In this document: positions 50,657-63,670 of the stretch, piece by piece
Numbering within the stretch: the first letter of the stretch is position 1
How the letters are laid out: every line of letters begins with the position of its first letter
DNA from: Lophium mytilinum
Taxonomy: Eukaryota
Direction of reading: 5' to 3'
Length of the DNA stretch: 64,000 bases
NCBI GenBank assembly: GCA_010093605.1
Contig: MU004185.1
Coordinates: forward strand, 641,334 to 705,333
The notes under the pieces: generated by a model
Seen by the model: only the letters and a program-made list of their open reading frames with translations
What the model was told of the DNA's origin: nothing
Database searches by the model: none
Program-made: the position numbers and the translations under genes

Positions 50657-51043
50657 GGCCGTCGCCAAAGCCAGGGGCGCAGATTAGGCGTCGGTGGCCT
50701 GGAGGAAGCGGGGGGAGGAGTTCGGCATCGTGAGGGTGGACAATGTGGAAGAGAGTCGTCTAGATAGATCTGCGATATGAGAAAGATTTGGCGAGATGAT
50801 TTCATTGCTTGGCGGCGGAGGCTCTGCTGCAGCAGAACACTAGCGTCCAGAGTTCACTCTGCATCTGATCTCAATCCCAACACATGATATCGACCTAAGC
50901 TTCACCATTCACATTAGAGCTACTTAAGTCATTTCTTGGAAAACACTCTTCAACCTCACCTTCCTCACCTCTACCACGTCGCGACCACCTTACGAGACCG
51001 TTCCTCCCCGCGCTGGTTGCGCTTCAGCCAGAAAGCCGCGAAG

Positions 51044-52802
51044 ATGATGCATCCATCGAGACAAGCCTATGTAGAGGAGGCGGAAGTCGAGGTAAGCGCA
51101 GATTCTTCGAGTTTGTCCGCTGTAATTCGGTATTCACAACCGTGTGTAGAGCAAATGCTCTAGATTTCAGATATCCGCATGTGAACTGCACATGAAGCGC
51201 GCAAACTCAAGCTGATGGTAGGATGGGTACAGGATTCAGATATGGGAGGCATTGACTTAGCCGATCTCCGTGAGTATTCGAATCTCAATTCGGCCTTCCC
51301 TTCTTCGAGGAATGGTCACTGACGATGCTACAGCGGCTGATCGCGAGTATACCCTACCGACCGGCACAGCTGGCGCAGGCGAGAAGGCATCTGCCATCCT
51401 TTCACAATTCGAACACAAACGTCGAGCAGCTGCGATAGCTGTACCAACCGCCGATGCACACGTCAAAGCTAGCCTGCGTCGTCTCGGCGAACCGATCACG
51501 CTCTTTGGAGAAGGACCGGGCGACAGACGAGACCGATTGCGGGAGATCCTGACACTTCAGGCGGAAGCGGGCGAAGATGGCTATGCCGAGATTCAGATGG
51601 GAGATGCCGACGATCAATCAGGCGATGAGCAGGAAGAGTTCTACACGCAGGGTGTCCCACAGCTTCTTGATGCACGGAGAGACATGGCACGATACTCGCT
51701 ACCTCGCGCGAAGGAGCGAGTCGCATTTCAGCGAGACGAAGCGTCAATTGTTCTCCGAACTCACGTCAAATACCGCAAAATCATCAAGGAACGATTGCAG
51801 GGGTTCGAGCTGTACGGGTCGCAAGTCGCCGCCGACCGGCCTGTGGGTATCGCACGGTTCTCCCCGAACGGCGAGTACATTGCGGCCGGCAACTGGACTG
51901 GAGGCATCAAACTACTCGACGTGCCGAACCTCGAGACCAAGCAGGTCTACCGTGGCCATACCGATCGCGTTACAGGGGTAGCGTGGTCACCTGGAGCGAC
52001 CCTTTCCGCAAGCAACGTTTCCTCTTCGTCCGTGAACTTCGCCTCAGGAGGCGGCGGTGGGAACGTGCAACTCTGGTCGCTCGATCAGACTGCCCCTTTA
52101 TCTACGCTGTCTGGCCACAATGGAAGAGTTTGCAGGGTCGAGTTCCATCCATCCGGTCGATATCTCGCGTCCGCTTCCGAGGACACAACCTGGCGCCTGT
52201 GGGACGTTGAAACGTCAACAGAACTACTAATTCAAGAAGGTCATTCCAAGGACGTCTATACCGTCAGCTTCAATGCCGATGGATCCCTACTAGCCAGCGC
52301 TGGACTCGATAGCATCGGACGAATTTGGGATCTTCGTACAGGCCGCGTTGTGTATGTCATGGAGAGCCACATTAAGCCAATTTATGCTTTGGATTGGAGC
52401 GTAGACGGCTACCGCGTGCTTTCAGGCTCTGGTGATGGCTTCGCTAAATGCTGGGATATTCGTGCCATGCGAGAGACGACTTCTATCGGCGCCAACGTAG
52501 GCGGAGTCACAGACCTAAAGTGGTTCAAAGGAACAGACTCGGCGACGAGTGGCAAGAAGCTTCCGAAAGATGAGAATGGAGACTTCATCCCGAAGAAAGC
52601 AGGGACCTTCTTCATTTCCTGTGGATTCGACAAGAACATCAAGATCTTTTCCGAGGGAGATTGGGCTCTGTGCAAGACCCTGAGTGGGCATTCGGGGAAT
52701 GTTCTCAGCGCAGACGTCACTAACGATGGGAGGTGGATTTGCAGTAGCGGTCACGATCGCACTGTCAAGCTCTGGGCAAGGGAGGATCAACAGGGAGTAT
52801 GA
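51044..52802 (+). CDS. PRP4: U4/U6 snRNP WD40 protein Prp4; introns 51092-51232 and 51270-51333
   Basis: MMHPSRQAYVEE, LRRLGEPITLFGEGPGDRRDRLR, EEFYTQG, YSLPRA, multiple WD repeats (HPSGRYLASASEDTTWRLWD, QEGHS). Confidence 0.92.
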
Positions 52803-55800
52803 GCGTCTTGGAATGGCATTGGGAATCGGTCAACAATCGCGCAGGTAGGCCGTACCAGCTACACCACCCAAAGCATCCTCTTTGCTGGAGCTGGCGCTCT
52901 TAAGGAGCATCTCACGTTCGCAGAAGTCTCACCTGCTTCTCGTAGCATGTCGATAAACTTGAGGGCACGAGAAAGCTCGGAACTACATGTACTAATTCAA
53001 ACCCCTCAATATGTGTTGGTCTAAAGTCTGTTTCCTCTATCACTGATTCAACAAGCGGTCAAAACCTGAATTCACAAAATTTGTCGTTTTATTGACTCAA
53101 AGCGTCTCACCGCAACACACCGCAACTTTCTATATTCATACATCTTGCTGTTTCTGTTCTCCCCACCGCTACTCATTATCCAAAGGAGCATCTACCCTGC
53201 CTGCCCCGACTCTACCAAGCTCCCATTTCGTCATTTGTTTAGAACGCTGCAAGCCTGTCTTCTGATTGTCATATGTCGCACGGTTCGAGTATATGTCGGC
53301 TATCACTCAATGACTCCGCCGTCCTAAATCCTGAAGCCAGGCTTGGCACGGGTGGACGGCCGGCTAATTCTTCACCGCCACACGGCGTATTCAAAACGCT
53401 ATTAATATACGAACGTCATGTTTCAGAAGCATTGCCACACTGCCTAAAGAGTGGATCAACAGATGTAAGAATCCCTCCGAGAGTCGGCTAGATCGGTCCT
53501 GGGATCAAGGCGCTGATCAAAAGTCAACTTCCTGGTAAAAGACGAGGGAGCAGTCCCGGTAGGCGCACTGCCAAACCAAGCCCTCGGAGCATGCTAATCT
53601 CTTCACTAATTGTCAACACTGCCGCCTCAAAGCTGCTTTCGAAACAGCGGAGACTCGCAGATCGTAAACATGCATCCGAAAAATCGCAGAGATTGTCTAA
53701 TGCTCGATGACGAAGCACATGACCAGAATTTACCTGCATCATCCTTCCGAGGCACAAGCTAGGCTATCTGCGAAAGGTCCACCGTCATTCGTCTTCTCGC
53801 AGGAATGATTGGGTCCAACGGAGGGCGCAAAAGGGGGATGGAAGCCAATTGGATAGAACAAAGGGCCAATTCACCGTGCACGAGCACCAGCTACTGTTTC
53901 GTCAAGCGTACCAGTCGGATTTCACGCCGTTTCCACGTAGGAGCTTGCATAGCTCCGCTGTTATCCAAGAAATCAAGGCTACGGATCGTGCTACCTCTGC
54001 AATGGGTGCAATTGAGAGAAGAGGATTGACTCATACAAAGAGCGACGACGTGGACACGCCTGCATGATATCTAGAATTTTCCAATGCCAAGTAGATCAAG
54101 TCGGGCCCACTTGATGGCATATGAGTGGCCGTTCACGCAGCAAGATACAGAAGGTTGGCACGAAAGCGACGCAGGTTCGTCGTCCCGCAGATGGGCGGCC
54201 TAACCAATGCCTTGGAAGGGACGGAGAGCCACTCGCAGCTGCAGCCTTGCCTTTCCTTCAATTCGCATGACCAATTTCAGATGGGCAGCAGTAGCCTCGT
54301 CCATTGGGCCTCCATAACCTCGAGGCTGCAATTCAATATTGCTGCTGAGGCTTAGAGCAAACGCTCATTGCTTCAACGCGGCCGGTAAAACGCCAATGTC
54401 TCGGGGCACGCGGTGGTGGAGCGTCTGGAGCCGACGACTGGATCTGGAGAAGCTGTCACTCCCAGTCCTCTGGCAAAGGCCTGAACAGGCGAAGCCATCT
54501 CGGGCATGATCAGCCCAACGGTGGTTCCAGACGCAAAGGCGAGCGACCTCTTAGCTACGGCTGCCGGTAGCTGCAAGAGCCCTCCCCGTCCGCGACCGGG
54601 CCGTCGCGGCGTGACTGATGCACGTCGCGATTCCGGTGTAGTGCTCGCGGCGTCGGTGTCGTCACACGAATCATCACGGTGCGCTTATGGCAGAATTGTC
54701 TTATTCGTCGCGATAAGGGTAGCACGATGCGGGAGCTGTCCACAAACAGGAAGCAATGCCTGGTGCCGGCCACCTGCAATTGGAGAGCAGAGGGAGCTTC
54801 AATGTGGTCCCGCCAGCTTGAAGCTGCCAGGCCAAGCAGCCGTGGGTGAGACGCGGCCTCGAGGAGAGATCGGATCGGGGTGGGCACGAGCACAGCAAGT
54901 CAAGATTCATCAGCAACAGCGCAGCCTTGCCATGTTCCGGCAGGCGAGCAGCTGGAGTGCATGTCCCCGCGCAATAGAACGAAGGGGCTTTAAAGTGGCT
55001 GTAGGTTTGCCTCGGAGCTTGGGCGTGCGACGTTACGACGCACAGAGCAGAGCACTGAGCAACACTTCACGATAACTCGCCATGGCACAGAAAGGGAGGT
55101 CGGAGGGTGTCTCTGGACGAGGCCACTACCAGCGAGTGGAGCGGTGAGATGACTCGCGCAAAAGTTGGACAGATGACACAGCCATGGCGGAGGATGAGGG
55201 AGAGAGGGTTGACCTTGCGGGCAACTCGCCATGTCGCCTGATTCTCGAAGAGGGCCGATGAAACCACGCGGCCGCCAGGAAATGGCGCTCCGAAGTTGCG
55301 AGTGGTGTTGAGCAGTCGCAGCAGCACCTTGGAGCCAAAGCGCAGGGCGAAGAGAGGTAGAGATGAGCGATGCGCTGCTTCGGTATCAACGCGCTCCTCC
55401 ATGGCGGGTTCAGAGTTTTCGCGACCTGGGCCGGCCCGCCAGGATACCCAAGCGAATCACCGCAGCGATGGACGCCCGCGGGCCGGCCCCGTCCACTGGA
55501 CTTCTGCACGAAGTCGCACCACGCTCCCGCTTCCTGCCCCCGTCCTGCCCGCTCTCTGGGCGCTCAACACTGGCGGCAACGGGGCCCGCGGGCCATGTGG
55601 ACGAGAGGACGGCAAACGGCGCGGGCTCATGGCATCGCGTTTTGCGGCGTTGGCGGCTCCGGCTGGCAGTGGACTATCTGGACATCTGAGCGCGCAGCAG
55701 GGCACTGGGGCAGTCGCTCGCTCGTAGGGTGGCAGTGGTAGGCTGGTCCGGCGGGAAGTGTCGCAAACAAGCTGGCGCTGGGGTATGGCTGGCTGCAGCA

Positions 55801-56275
55801 GTAGCCCGGCAAGCGCAGCAATTGACTGGCTATGAGCGGCTCCATGCCCAGCGACCCGATGTCGCTTTTGGGGCGCCGAATGGCAGGGCGAGCATTTTCG
55901 GTGGGTGGGGAGGTCGTGGGATGCCCCAAGTGAAGCCGTGCCAGGCGTGCCCGCACAGCCGAGCCCTTCACTTTGCAGCGGAACCAGCACGGCCCTCGCT
56001 GTCACGCTCACCCCCCCCAGCCCGTAATCATATCTATCCGCACCGCCCAGCTCCCTCCCGCTGCCACCATTTCCCCACCATCGTCGTGCTCCCTAACGCA
56101 CGCAGAGAATTAATACAACACCACGCCCCGACCCCACGAGAGCCAGATTGACGCTGTGCTCCCCGCCCCAACGCCCTCCACCAGCTTGCATTGCCAAATC
56201 GAGCCATCCACACCGCCATTACTGCCGCTACACCGGTATTTCGCACAAAACCCACGCCTCCCCCAGCCACCGGCC

Positions 56276-58343
56276 ATGGACTTCCAACACCACATGGACT
56301 TCCACAGGCCCTCGTCCACGCTCTCCGTCGACCGGAAGCCCAGCACATTCTCCTACGACGACAACGTCACGCTCGACTCTACCATTCTCGACACCCCCAG
56401 CATCATGTCGCCGACGAATTCGCACCAGGGCATGTTCTCGCCCGAGACGTCGCTGTGGGAGGACTTCCCGGCCTCAGGCCCCTTTGTCGACCGCCAGCAG
56501 ACCTCTAACAACAGCAATCCCTTCTTCGAGCAGAACAACAACCCCTTTACCCGCCTACCGCCCACCCAAGCAGCTACCTACGGCCAACAGCCCGCGGCGT
56601 GGCCGATCAACGACAATTCTGGCTCCCGGACACCCACGGCGACGAAGCCGCTGCACGCGTTTGGCCAGGCCGACTACGATGCCCCGCCGCCGTCCGCCTT
56701 CATCCCGGTCGGCTCCCACATGCCGTCGACGTTTGGTGGACTGCCCCTCCAGAGCAACGTGCAGCCGAGTGCCGTGTTCCCCGCTGCTCCCGAGACGCCG
56801 CTGTCGCCGCACAGCAACAACGAGTGGATGGCCCTCGCCCAGCAGGAGCTGGATTCGCGGCCGGGCCCCAAGCGCATGCGAGCCAACTCTCCGCCCCGCT
56901 CCTACTCGCCGCGGCGGGACGGCATCCGGAAGAAGAACGCCCGCTTCGACATCCCGCCGGAGCGGAGCCTGCTCAACATCGACCTGCTGATCCAGAACTC
57001 CTCCAACGACGAGGAGATCAAGGAGCTCAAGCAGCAGAAACGCCTACTCAGGAACAGACAGGCCGCGTACGTCCTCTCCTTTGGATTTTGGTTCTTTGGC
57101 TTTGGTCTTTCGGTCCAGCGTGCCAATTGGTTTTGTAATGTCCCTCTGCTAACCTTTACATAGTCTTGATTCCCGGCAACGAAAGAAGAAGCACACCGAA
57201 GAGCTCGAGGAGGAGAAGAAGCTTTGGACCGAGCGGGTGGGCTGCCTCGAGGATGAGATCACCAGCCTACGTCTGCAGATGGAGGGAATGCTACGGGAGA
57301 AGGAGCAGACTCACCACGAGCACAATGAGATGAGGAATATCATCGATCAGCTGCAGTGGGATAAGGAGGAGCTCGTCCGATCCCACACTGTCGAGACTGG
57401 CGACCTCCGCAAGAAGGTCAACGTCCTCACCGAACGACTAGAGAGCGCCAGCACTGCCATGTCCGTTGCACCAAGCTCTACCTTCACTGACTTCGCCTCC
57501 GATATGGACAACCTCAACATGGGTGCGAACGACTGGGACAACTACATCTTCGTTCCCGATTTCGGATGCATGGACGAGTCGACGCCATCGGCAACAGAGA
57601 ACCCACAGCAGGAGCACTCCCTCGTCGTCGCGCCCCGCAAGAAGGATGCAGAGGACAAGCCCGTTGCTTCAGGTCTCCTCCTCATGCTCCTCCTCTGCGG
57701 CGCCTTTGTTGCCAGCAAGTCTTCCGGTTCTACTGCTCCGCCTCTTCCTCGCATGCCCGACGACGTCCGCGCCGCATCAGCCACCGTTCTCGACAGCATT
57801 TTCAAGGACGCCGGTGTCGCACCTTCGCCTGCCCAGCACCACAACCTCATTGCCAACCGAATCGAAGCTCTTGAGCCTGGACCATCCGGCGCCAACTGGA
57901 ACAAGCGTACCCTGTCTGGAGCTGAGTTCGCCAGCCTCTCGCACGGTGCCTCTTCTCACCTCGACCAATTACACGCCCATCTCGCCGCCCCTACCAAGGA
58001 CCAGGAGAACGAGCAACTATTCTCCATCACGCCGTCTCAGTACAACAGCCTCACTTCGGCAGAGTTCACCCGGCGAGGATACAGCGTGCACAGCGACGAC
58101 ATCAGCGACCCCTTGTCACCCGGATCACAGCCTTCGCACCACCGTCGCAATCTTGCCGAAACTCTTGCCGCCATGCGTGAGGAGAGCAAAGGCGAGACTG
58201 CAGCCGAGGTCTACACACGAAGCCTTCTATGGGAGCGAATCCCAAGCGAGGTTGTGCACGAGTTCAAGCGCATGGTCGAGGAGAGCGACCGTGCAACAAC
58301 GACAAGTGAAGATGGCATTCGCAAGGTCGAGGTTTCCGGCTGA
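56276..58343 (+). CDS. bZIP transcription factor with a downstream hydrophobic (putative TM) segment; intron 57067-57163
   Basis: Spliced basic region KQQKRLLRNRQAALDSRQRKKKHTEELEEEKK followed by a coiled coil; hydrophobic VASGLLLMLLLCGAFVA; gccATGg start. Confidence 0.88.
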
Positions 58344-60790
58344 ATGCTCCACATCCACGATCACTGTCCTTCCTACCCTTGAGTTGGATGACGGACGACC
58401 ACGCCATTTATTCCCTTTTGAATCTACTTGCATATTCTGGATTTTTGCATGAATTACTTCACTTCTTGGGCCTTTACCGGCATTACTAGGGACAAATTTG
58501 CATTTGGAAGGTATCCGTCAATTCTTCAGTCCATACACCGATCGCCGTCAACGTACCGACGACGCCTACCACCGCCTAGCCCAGGCCCTTCTTCTTGTGT
58601 TTTTTCCTCGACTCACGGAAAAAATGGGCCGGCTACTTCTGATTTTTCTCACTGTTTTCAACGAACCTACGATTCATGGGAACCGCGGGAAATCATACCG
58701 TTTATCGAGCATCTTGGGCGGCTGGGACTGAGACTGAGACTACGCGAATTCTGATTGATGGAGATCACAACAATCACAGCGCAGATTCTCATTTGTCACC
58801 TTCTATCTTCAAACTTGGACATTTTTATCTTATTTTGCCATATAGGTCGGGATTTTGTATGAACCTGGAAGGAAGCAAGCAAGCGAGCGATTTGGGATTG
58901 TCTTTGTGTGTCATTTTATTGTCATTTATTGCAGAGCAGAGCGAGCGTGTCATTTGGTATATTTCTTGAGAAGGATTTTTGCTGTTACGAGACCACATGT
59001 CTTTTGGGAAAGAACTACGATTTGGATGGATATCATGTCTTGCGACCTATTTGTCTTGGACCTTTCATATTATTACTATCAGCGTCACGAATTGTACATG
59101 GGCACAGCTGGAGGAAGGGGCCTTTTTGGGTATTCAAGCGCCCGCTTTTTCACTCTCAGCACGACGCTGCGGGAACCAAACTACTGGCTGAACATACACA
59201 TCACATACAACACCCCCCCACTGCAACGATTATCAAGAAGAAGCAAGACGAGATGACTACACACGAAAGACTACCCACGAAACTGTCTATGTTTTAATGC
59301 CGATCATGAGGAACATACACTGTACTGTTGTTTCAGAGGACACACACAGTACGCAGCTACTCTGGAACCTCGGAGCCAGCTATTTTTAGCGGTTATCATT
59401 ATCATTCCTCCATTGCTCCTTATCGTCATCGTCATCATTGGTCCCTGTTTTCCTTAAGACCACAGACGACATTTACTTAATTGGCTCCTGGAGTGCATGC
59501 GACATGCCACGAGCTGGCTGAGCGTTTGGGGGTGGCACACATCACCCCATGATTATTTTGTATGTAGCCCGTCTTTCCGAACCAACACTTTCCGTTGCGG
59601 GGTGTGCGTGGTGTGGCGGTTTCTTGGAAAACGCAGGAATGGGCTGAGCAAAGCTGAGCTTGCTCGGAAGTATCTCCCTCTCTCGAATCAAATCAAATCA
59701 AATCAATCTACCGTCCACCATCGAAGTGACATTCTCGCATCAATCTATCGAAATCTGCGCAAACTGACTACAACAAGTGACTCCCCTGGCAAGGATAAAA
59801 GAACAGTAAAGGATGCCGAAGTGCTGGCAACCCAAACGCTCCTCTCCACGTGCGCCGCTGCGACGCCGGCAAATATTCGTCTGAAATGCTGTCACTGCAC
59901 CCGGCACTGCACTTTGTCTGCACCCGGGCTCCCAAGTGGAAGGATCCGGGCGTGCATGCACGCACGCACGCAGCAACAGATCATTTTTCACCCACCCTGC
60001 AACCGGCTCGGCAGCCTAGGCGTGGATCCGGGCAGAGCGTGGCGCTCGTGGGCGGGTGTGTGTGTCGCCAGCTCACGAACAACAGCCAGATTAGATGCGA
60101 GCTGGGTCCTGCACCCCGCAGCAAGACTGCACCGCGGCAGAAGCAAGCAAAGCAAGCAGGCAAAGCCCTGAACACATCCCCCATGCCTCATCATTGCCCC
60201 CCCATCTGATCTCGGACGTACTCCAGGCCCTCATCCGTCCACACATGGAGAGGAGGACGTGCAGTGCATGCAGCAAGGCTGGTCATGTAGGTGGTGGGTA
60301 GTGAGACAGATGGGACGCAGAGGTTGGCAGAATGTAAGCTCAGCAATCGAATCGAATCGACCACCGCACCCACCCACCCACTCGACCCCCTTCCAAGAGA
60401 GGGAAATCAGGGCACCCCCCATCTGCTTTGGTCCAGATGACCGATGCGGTGGATCGGGTGCGATGCGCGATCTCGAATAGAGGCCTCAGCAGGCGCACAC
60501 GCCACCATAATGGATATTGAAAGCCTTTTCCAAAGAGGGGAAGGAGGGGGGGAAGCACACAAGCAAGTAGGCAAGCCACATTCGTTCTTTTCCAACTCAC
60601 TCGTGCCAAGGACGGTACAATACCCAGGTACGCCTAGGGTGTTTAGTGAGTAAGAATGATAGATTGCTGAATGAGGTATCTAGAGCATGATTCGAGCGGC
60701 TTTCCCGGCTGGCTGGCTGGCTAGCTGGAGAGATGCTACTCCGTCCGTGAGATGAGATATCCCGCGGGATACGTAGGCCCCCTCTAACCT

Positions 60791-63003
60791 TTATGGCTTA
60801 GGGTTGTACTTGTCTTTCCAGATCCTATGGCGGGAGAAGAAGGAAGCGTCAGCATCAGCACACAACAAGCTCGCAATCGATGATGAAGGGAAACCCTCTA
60901 GCGGCACACCCGCATCGAGCGGGCTGCCAGAACAGGCCGTAAACAGAACGAGGCAAGAAAAGTGTGAATAAAAAAATAGACGATGGCGCGCAGGGGAGGC
61001 CGGTCCAGCTCTAGCGGACGAGGGCAATCAGGCAAGTGTGGAGGGTGCGAGCCAAAACGGCTGGAGGGCATGCCAACAGCGAGGTGCCACGTGTATGCGC
61101 GCCAGTCGAAAGCAGGATACGGCGCTGGGCTCTCGTGATATAGTTGGCGGGGAATATGGGTGGGGGCTGGGGGCGAAGAGGGTGTGCATTGGAAGAGGGC
61201 TCTGGTGCGTGAAAAGGCATGCGGCGAGGGCCGTTCCCCTCCCTCTCGGCTAAGCGAATCGACAACGCAGAGCCACTCGATTCACGGGCAATGCGCGCCG
61301 CTGAAACATCCGAGCCCTAGCCTGTCGAGGAAGCAGGAACAGCATGCCGTCACGCTGTGCCCGGATGCTCTCTCGGCATCGTCTGTCCGGCCCGCGGCGA
61401 CAACGTGACGCGGGCCGGCCGACCTCACGCGTTGCGCGAGGGAGCTCGACGCGATGCGCGCTGTCAGGGACGGCCAGCGCAGGGACGGGCATGACGGAGG
61501 TGTGGAGAGAGACAAAGAGACTAGTAGATAGGAGAGACGTCTTGCTTACCAGGTGTTGCCTACGATCTTACTGCCCTTGGACTCGGCGAGGCGCAGGAAT
61601 TGCGCGGCTTTGAACTGTGAGGCGTGGAGACGCAAGTCAGCCTAGTTCAAAATGCTGCCCAACGAATGAGGCTGTATGATTCTGGTCTCGAGCTCGAGTG
61701 TGTGTGATGAGACTGCAGCAACTGACACCGGTCACGGAGCTGGTTGTCGTTGAGGGGCCAAAAGGGGACTCCAGCACCAGACTTGGGGGGGAATATACTG
61801 TAACAGGGCGACTGACCTTGTCTTTTTTGCATCCGAAACCTTCCAAATAGCACCAAGCTACTTCATTCATCGCGTCCGTGTCTCCGAGGTTCGCTGCCGT
61901 CTCGTAGTACTGCTTTGCGGCCACAGGGTCTTTCTTCGCCCCCCAGCCATTGCGGAAACAATTACCCAGCTCGAATATAGCGAGCGTGAGCTCTCCTTTT
62001 GCAGCACCCCCTTTCTTCATGCCTGCTGCTAGAGCGAGTGACTCCACGTCGGCACTGTTGGACGCGGCGTATGAGAGGTACGTGACGGCAAGCTCCTCGT
62101 TCTTTGTGCAGCCCCAAGCATGTCTACACATCGTGTCAGTGAACTGTAACCAACTGAAAACGTTTGCCACTACAGCCATAGCAAGCTGTTTGAGCGTTGC
62201 TTCGCTCGATCGAACTGACCTTAGGGCGAGCCCATAGAGGACCTGGCTCAGCGCGTTGTTTGCGCCATTGGGATCCGCCAATTTCCCAAACATCACAGTT
62301 GACTGATCATATTCTGCAAGCACCGTTAGGTACGATCCCAAAGTTTGCGAGAAAACGCGTCGTTGCCTTACCACCAGCTTCATGCAACCTGATAGCCTCC
62401 TGGATGTTCACCTAGCAAACCTATTAGCACATCTCCACCTCAATTAGACAGCCCCAAACTTACATCACCACCCGCATCACTAACGCTCACACTCCTACTC
62501 CTCTTCCCCTGCGGTGGCCCTCTCCCTCCCTCCCCCAGCGCCGCCTCACTGCTGTGCCTACTGACCGAATTCCCCTTCGCCAGCAGCGTCGCGCGCTTCT
62601 CCCAGTTCGCCTCGTCCTCCGCCGTCTTCGCCACCGTATTATCAATGGTCGGCAGGTCCTCCGGCACATTTACCGAGCTCGAGCTGCGCTCGCGCGAAAG
62701 GTGCAGCCGCTCAGAGAGCCGGCGGTCGCCCTTCTTGCCCTCATCTAGACTCTGATTCTGCGCCGCGTTCGAGTGTCTGCGAAAGCGGCCGCTGAGCCGT
62801 TTATGGTCCCGGTGGGCCTCTGGGGTTTGCTGGGGAGGCGCGTCGCCGGGGAAGATTGGGGGCGCAATCTCCTCTTGGGTGGTTGTGGTCGTGCGCATGA
62901 AGGTGAACTCTGGTACGTTCGGGGACAGAGTGGGACTGGCGGCCGGCGCGGTGCCCTCATCCTTTATCTTGTCTTTCTTTTTTAAGAGATTTTTGAGCGA
63001 CAT
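60791..63003 (-). CDS. SEL1-repeat (HCP-like) protein, paralog of the 45578 gene; introns 62412-62463, 62314-62371, 62124-62219, 61615-61816, 60825-61549
   Basis: WEKRATLL, NIQEAIRLHEAG, LYGLALRHAWG, FELGNCFRNGWG, AANLGDTDA, then exons FKAAQFLRLAESKGSKIVGNTW and IWKDKYNPKP*. Confidence 0.85.
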
Positions 63004-63670
63004 GTTCGATCGTGAGGACTAATTGGGGCGAGGGGCAGGGCGGCGCGTAAGAGCTGAAGGTAGGGAGAGCTGCGCGGGGGCTGTCGTACAGACTTGACAA
63101 TGCGATTGTACGCTACCTGATCCTAAGAGTAGTTCGATATCTTCGGAGACTTCGTGATGAGAGGCGTATGATCATTGAGAAGGATACGCGCAGGCGAAGC
63201 TTGTGGTTTAAAGGCACCGTTGACGTGCGGCCAAGAACGACCTGCAGTGCTCAGCCTCAAACTTCGGGTCAGACTTCTAAGGAGTCCGCTCCAGGTACCC
63301 GGTCACAAGTAGATGTGTGACCACTGTTCTTCACAGGCTACCGTAGCTCACTTATTATGCGAAGTGTCACGTAGTAACATGTTATCAAGGTATAATGATT
63401 CATTTCTATTTAGACCTAGTACTACAATCTTTCTGATGATCCTCGTAGAGGCCATCAACCATTTTGAAGGCCCAAAACCAGACTGTCATAATAATTCCAT
63501 GCTCTTGCAGAAACAGAGATCGCAAATAGATCTGATGATGCTGTAACCCTAGCAATGCCATAAAATGGGTATCAATGGCAAGCTCTACCATAATCCGAAC
63601 GCCGGCATAATGCTCATAGAGCTTCAGGACTCAAGGAGTCCTGGGAGCATACCCTAACTTACTGTTACTT

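Noticed and set aside
52900..56100. Many 60-190 aa ORFs upstream of the bZIP gene
   Set aside because: Overlapping ORFs on both strands in GC-rich DNA with no recognisable domains; best explained as regulatory sequence.
56114..56275. In-frame non-AUG N-terminal extension of the bZIP gene
   Set aside because: The frame is open, but ATG 56276 has strong context and C-rich leaders often lack stops; no support without orthologs.
57466..58452. 328-aa ORF overlapping the bZIP gene, and the 280-aa ORF at 56148-56990
   Set aside because: Shifted-frame shadows of a GC-rich, codon-biased gene; low-complexity Ser/Pro/Arg/Thr content with no motifs.
59497..60171. 224-aa ORF between convergent genes
   Set aside because: It runs through microsatellites (CAAAT and GCAA repeats) and has no domain features.
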